Shown one piece after another: positions 63,381 to 64,000 of a DNA stretch of 64,000 nucleotides; position 1 is the first letter of the stretch; each line of letters starts with the position of its first letter. Origin of the DNA: Plasmodiophora brassicae. Taxonomy: Eukaryota. The notes under the pieces are model-generated. The model was not told the DNA's origin, searched no databases, and saw nothing but the letters and a program-made list of their open reading frames with translations. A program made the translations under genes and the position numbers. The stretch is taken from positions 558,001 through 622,000 of the forward strand of contig CP145419.1 in the NCBI GenBank assembly GCA_036867785.1, given 5' to 3'.

Positions 63381-64000
63381 TCAATTCAGCTCTGGTTCGG
63401 TCATGCCCACGAACGTCGCTCCCCGGCCGAACTCCTCCCTGGCGACGTACCGAGCCTGTGCGTTGCGAATCGCTTTCGGCAGAGGCGCCTGCCGATAGGG
63501 CGGGCTAGACGCGGCGTCGGAGTCGTGCTCGGATAGTATATCGACCGTTGGCCCCAACGGCGGGCCTGACAACGATGGGCTGTGAAACACGGGCCCCGTA
63601 CCCAACCCGATGGGTGCACCCCGCCAGGTGAGCGTATCGACGCCGTTCCGCATTGCAGGACCCCGATCCACCTGCCTGGCCAGCCTGCAATTCCACACGA
63701 CCGCCGCGACGATCGCTGAGGTGACCGCGGCGGCCCCGATCACGTACAGAAGCCCGTCCGCGAGACCGCCTCCGACGAGGGACGCTCCGGGGGCCGACGT
63801 GCCCCCCAGGTCCACAGGCGCGCCTCTGGAACTCGTCCACGTGGCACCGGATGCGCTTCTGGAACTCGTCCTCGCGGAACTCATCCTCGCTGTTGTCGGC
63901 ATCGCGTATTGTGTGCTGGCCTGGCTGGTCGCCTGCGTCGACGAAGCCACCGTGCTCCTCAGGGGCGTCGGCACCGACGTCGGCATCGGGTCGACGTGTG
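63381..64000 (-). CDS. Receptor-like CAP family protein, copy H (3' part only; runs off the window)
   Basis: S/T stalk, TM GLLYVIGAAAVTSAIVAAVVW, and tail PKAIRNAQARYVAREEFGRGAT. Confidence 0.8.
   Translation of the reverse strand, partial: HVDPMPTSVPTPLRSTVASSTQATSQASTQYAMPTTARMSSARTSSRSASGATWTSSRGAPVDLGGTSAPGASLVGGGLADGLLYVIGAAAVTSAIVAAVVWNCRLARQVDRGPAMRNGVDTLTWRGAPIGLGTGPVFHSPSLSGPPLGPTVDILSEHDSDAASSPPYRQAPLPKAIRNAQARYVAREEFGRGATFVGMTEPELN

Overview
A compact, GC-rich eukaryotic genomic window with many short (~45-90 nt) GT-AG introns and tightly packed genes. The architecture, a flagellar CFAP77 gene and a secreted ankyrin protein suggest a plasmodiophorid such as Plasmodiophora brassicae (inference, not checked). 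Housekeeping genes: glutathione synthetase, mu-class GST, mercaptopyruvate sulfurtransferase, a small SET protein, exportin-7, cyclin H, CFAP77, frataxin, SMC2, two tandem intronless Argonautes, PRP43, an importin-alpha-like protein, SmD2, a PPR-like protein, ADAL and an FHA-parvulin. Highlights: (1) From 49.7 kb to the window end lies a tandem array of at least 8 paralogous receptor-like CAP/PR-1 genes. Each full copy encodes a signal peptide, a divergent His-less CAP domain, a 4-Cys module, a hypervariable basic S/T stalk and a TM helix; all except copy A carry a strongly conserved ~23-aa cytoplasmic motif (PKxIRRLQARGVARDKFNQGAMT). The array includes a pseudogene and retrotransposon debris. 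(2) An apparently intact pogo DD35D transposon with 28-bp TIRs carries a second, spliced antisense cargo gene. It is inserted at a TA in an exon of a CRT/DMT-like transporter that sits head-to-head with glutathione synthetase. (3) Two apparently slicer-competent Argonautes have homogenised PIWI but divergent PAZ regions. All exon models were read by eye, so boundaries are approximate where stated.
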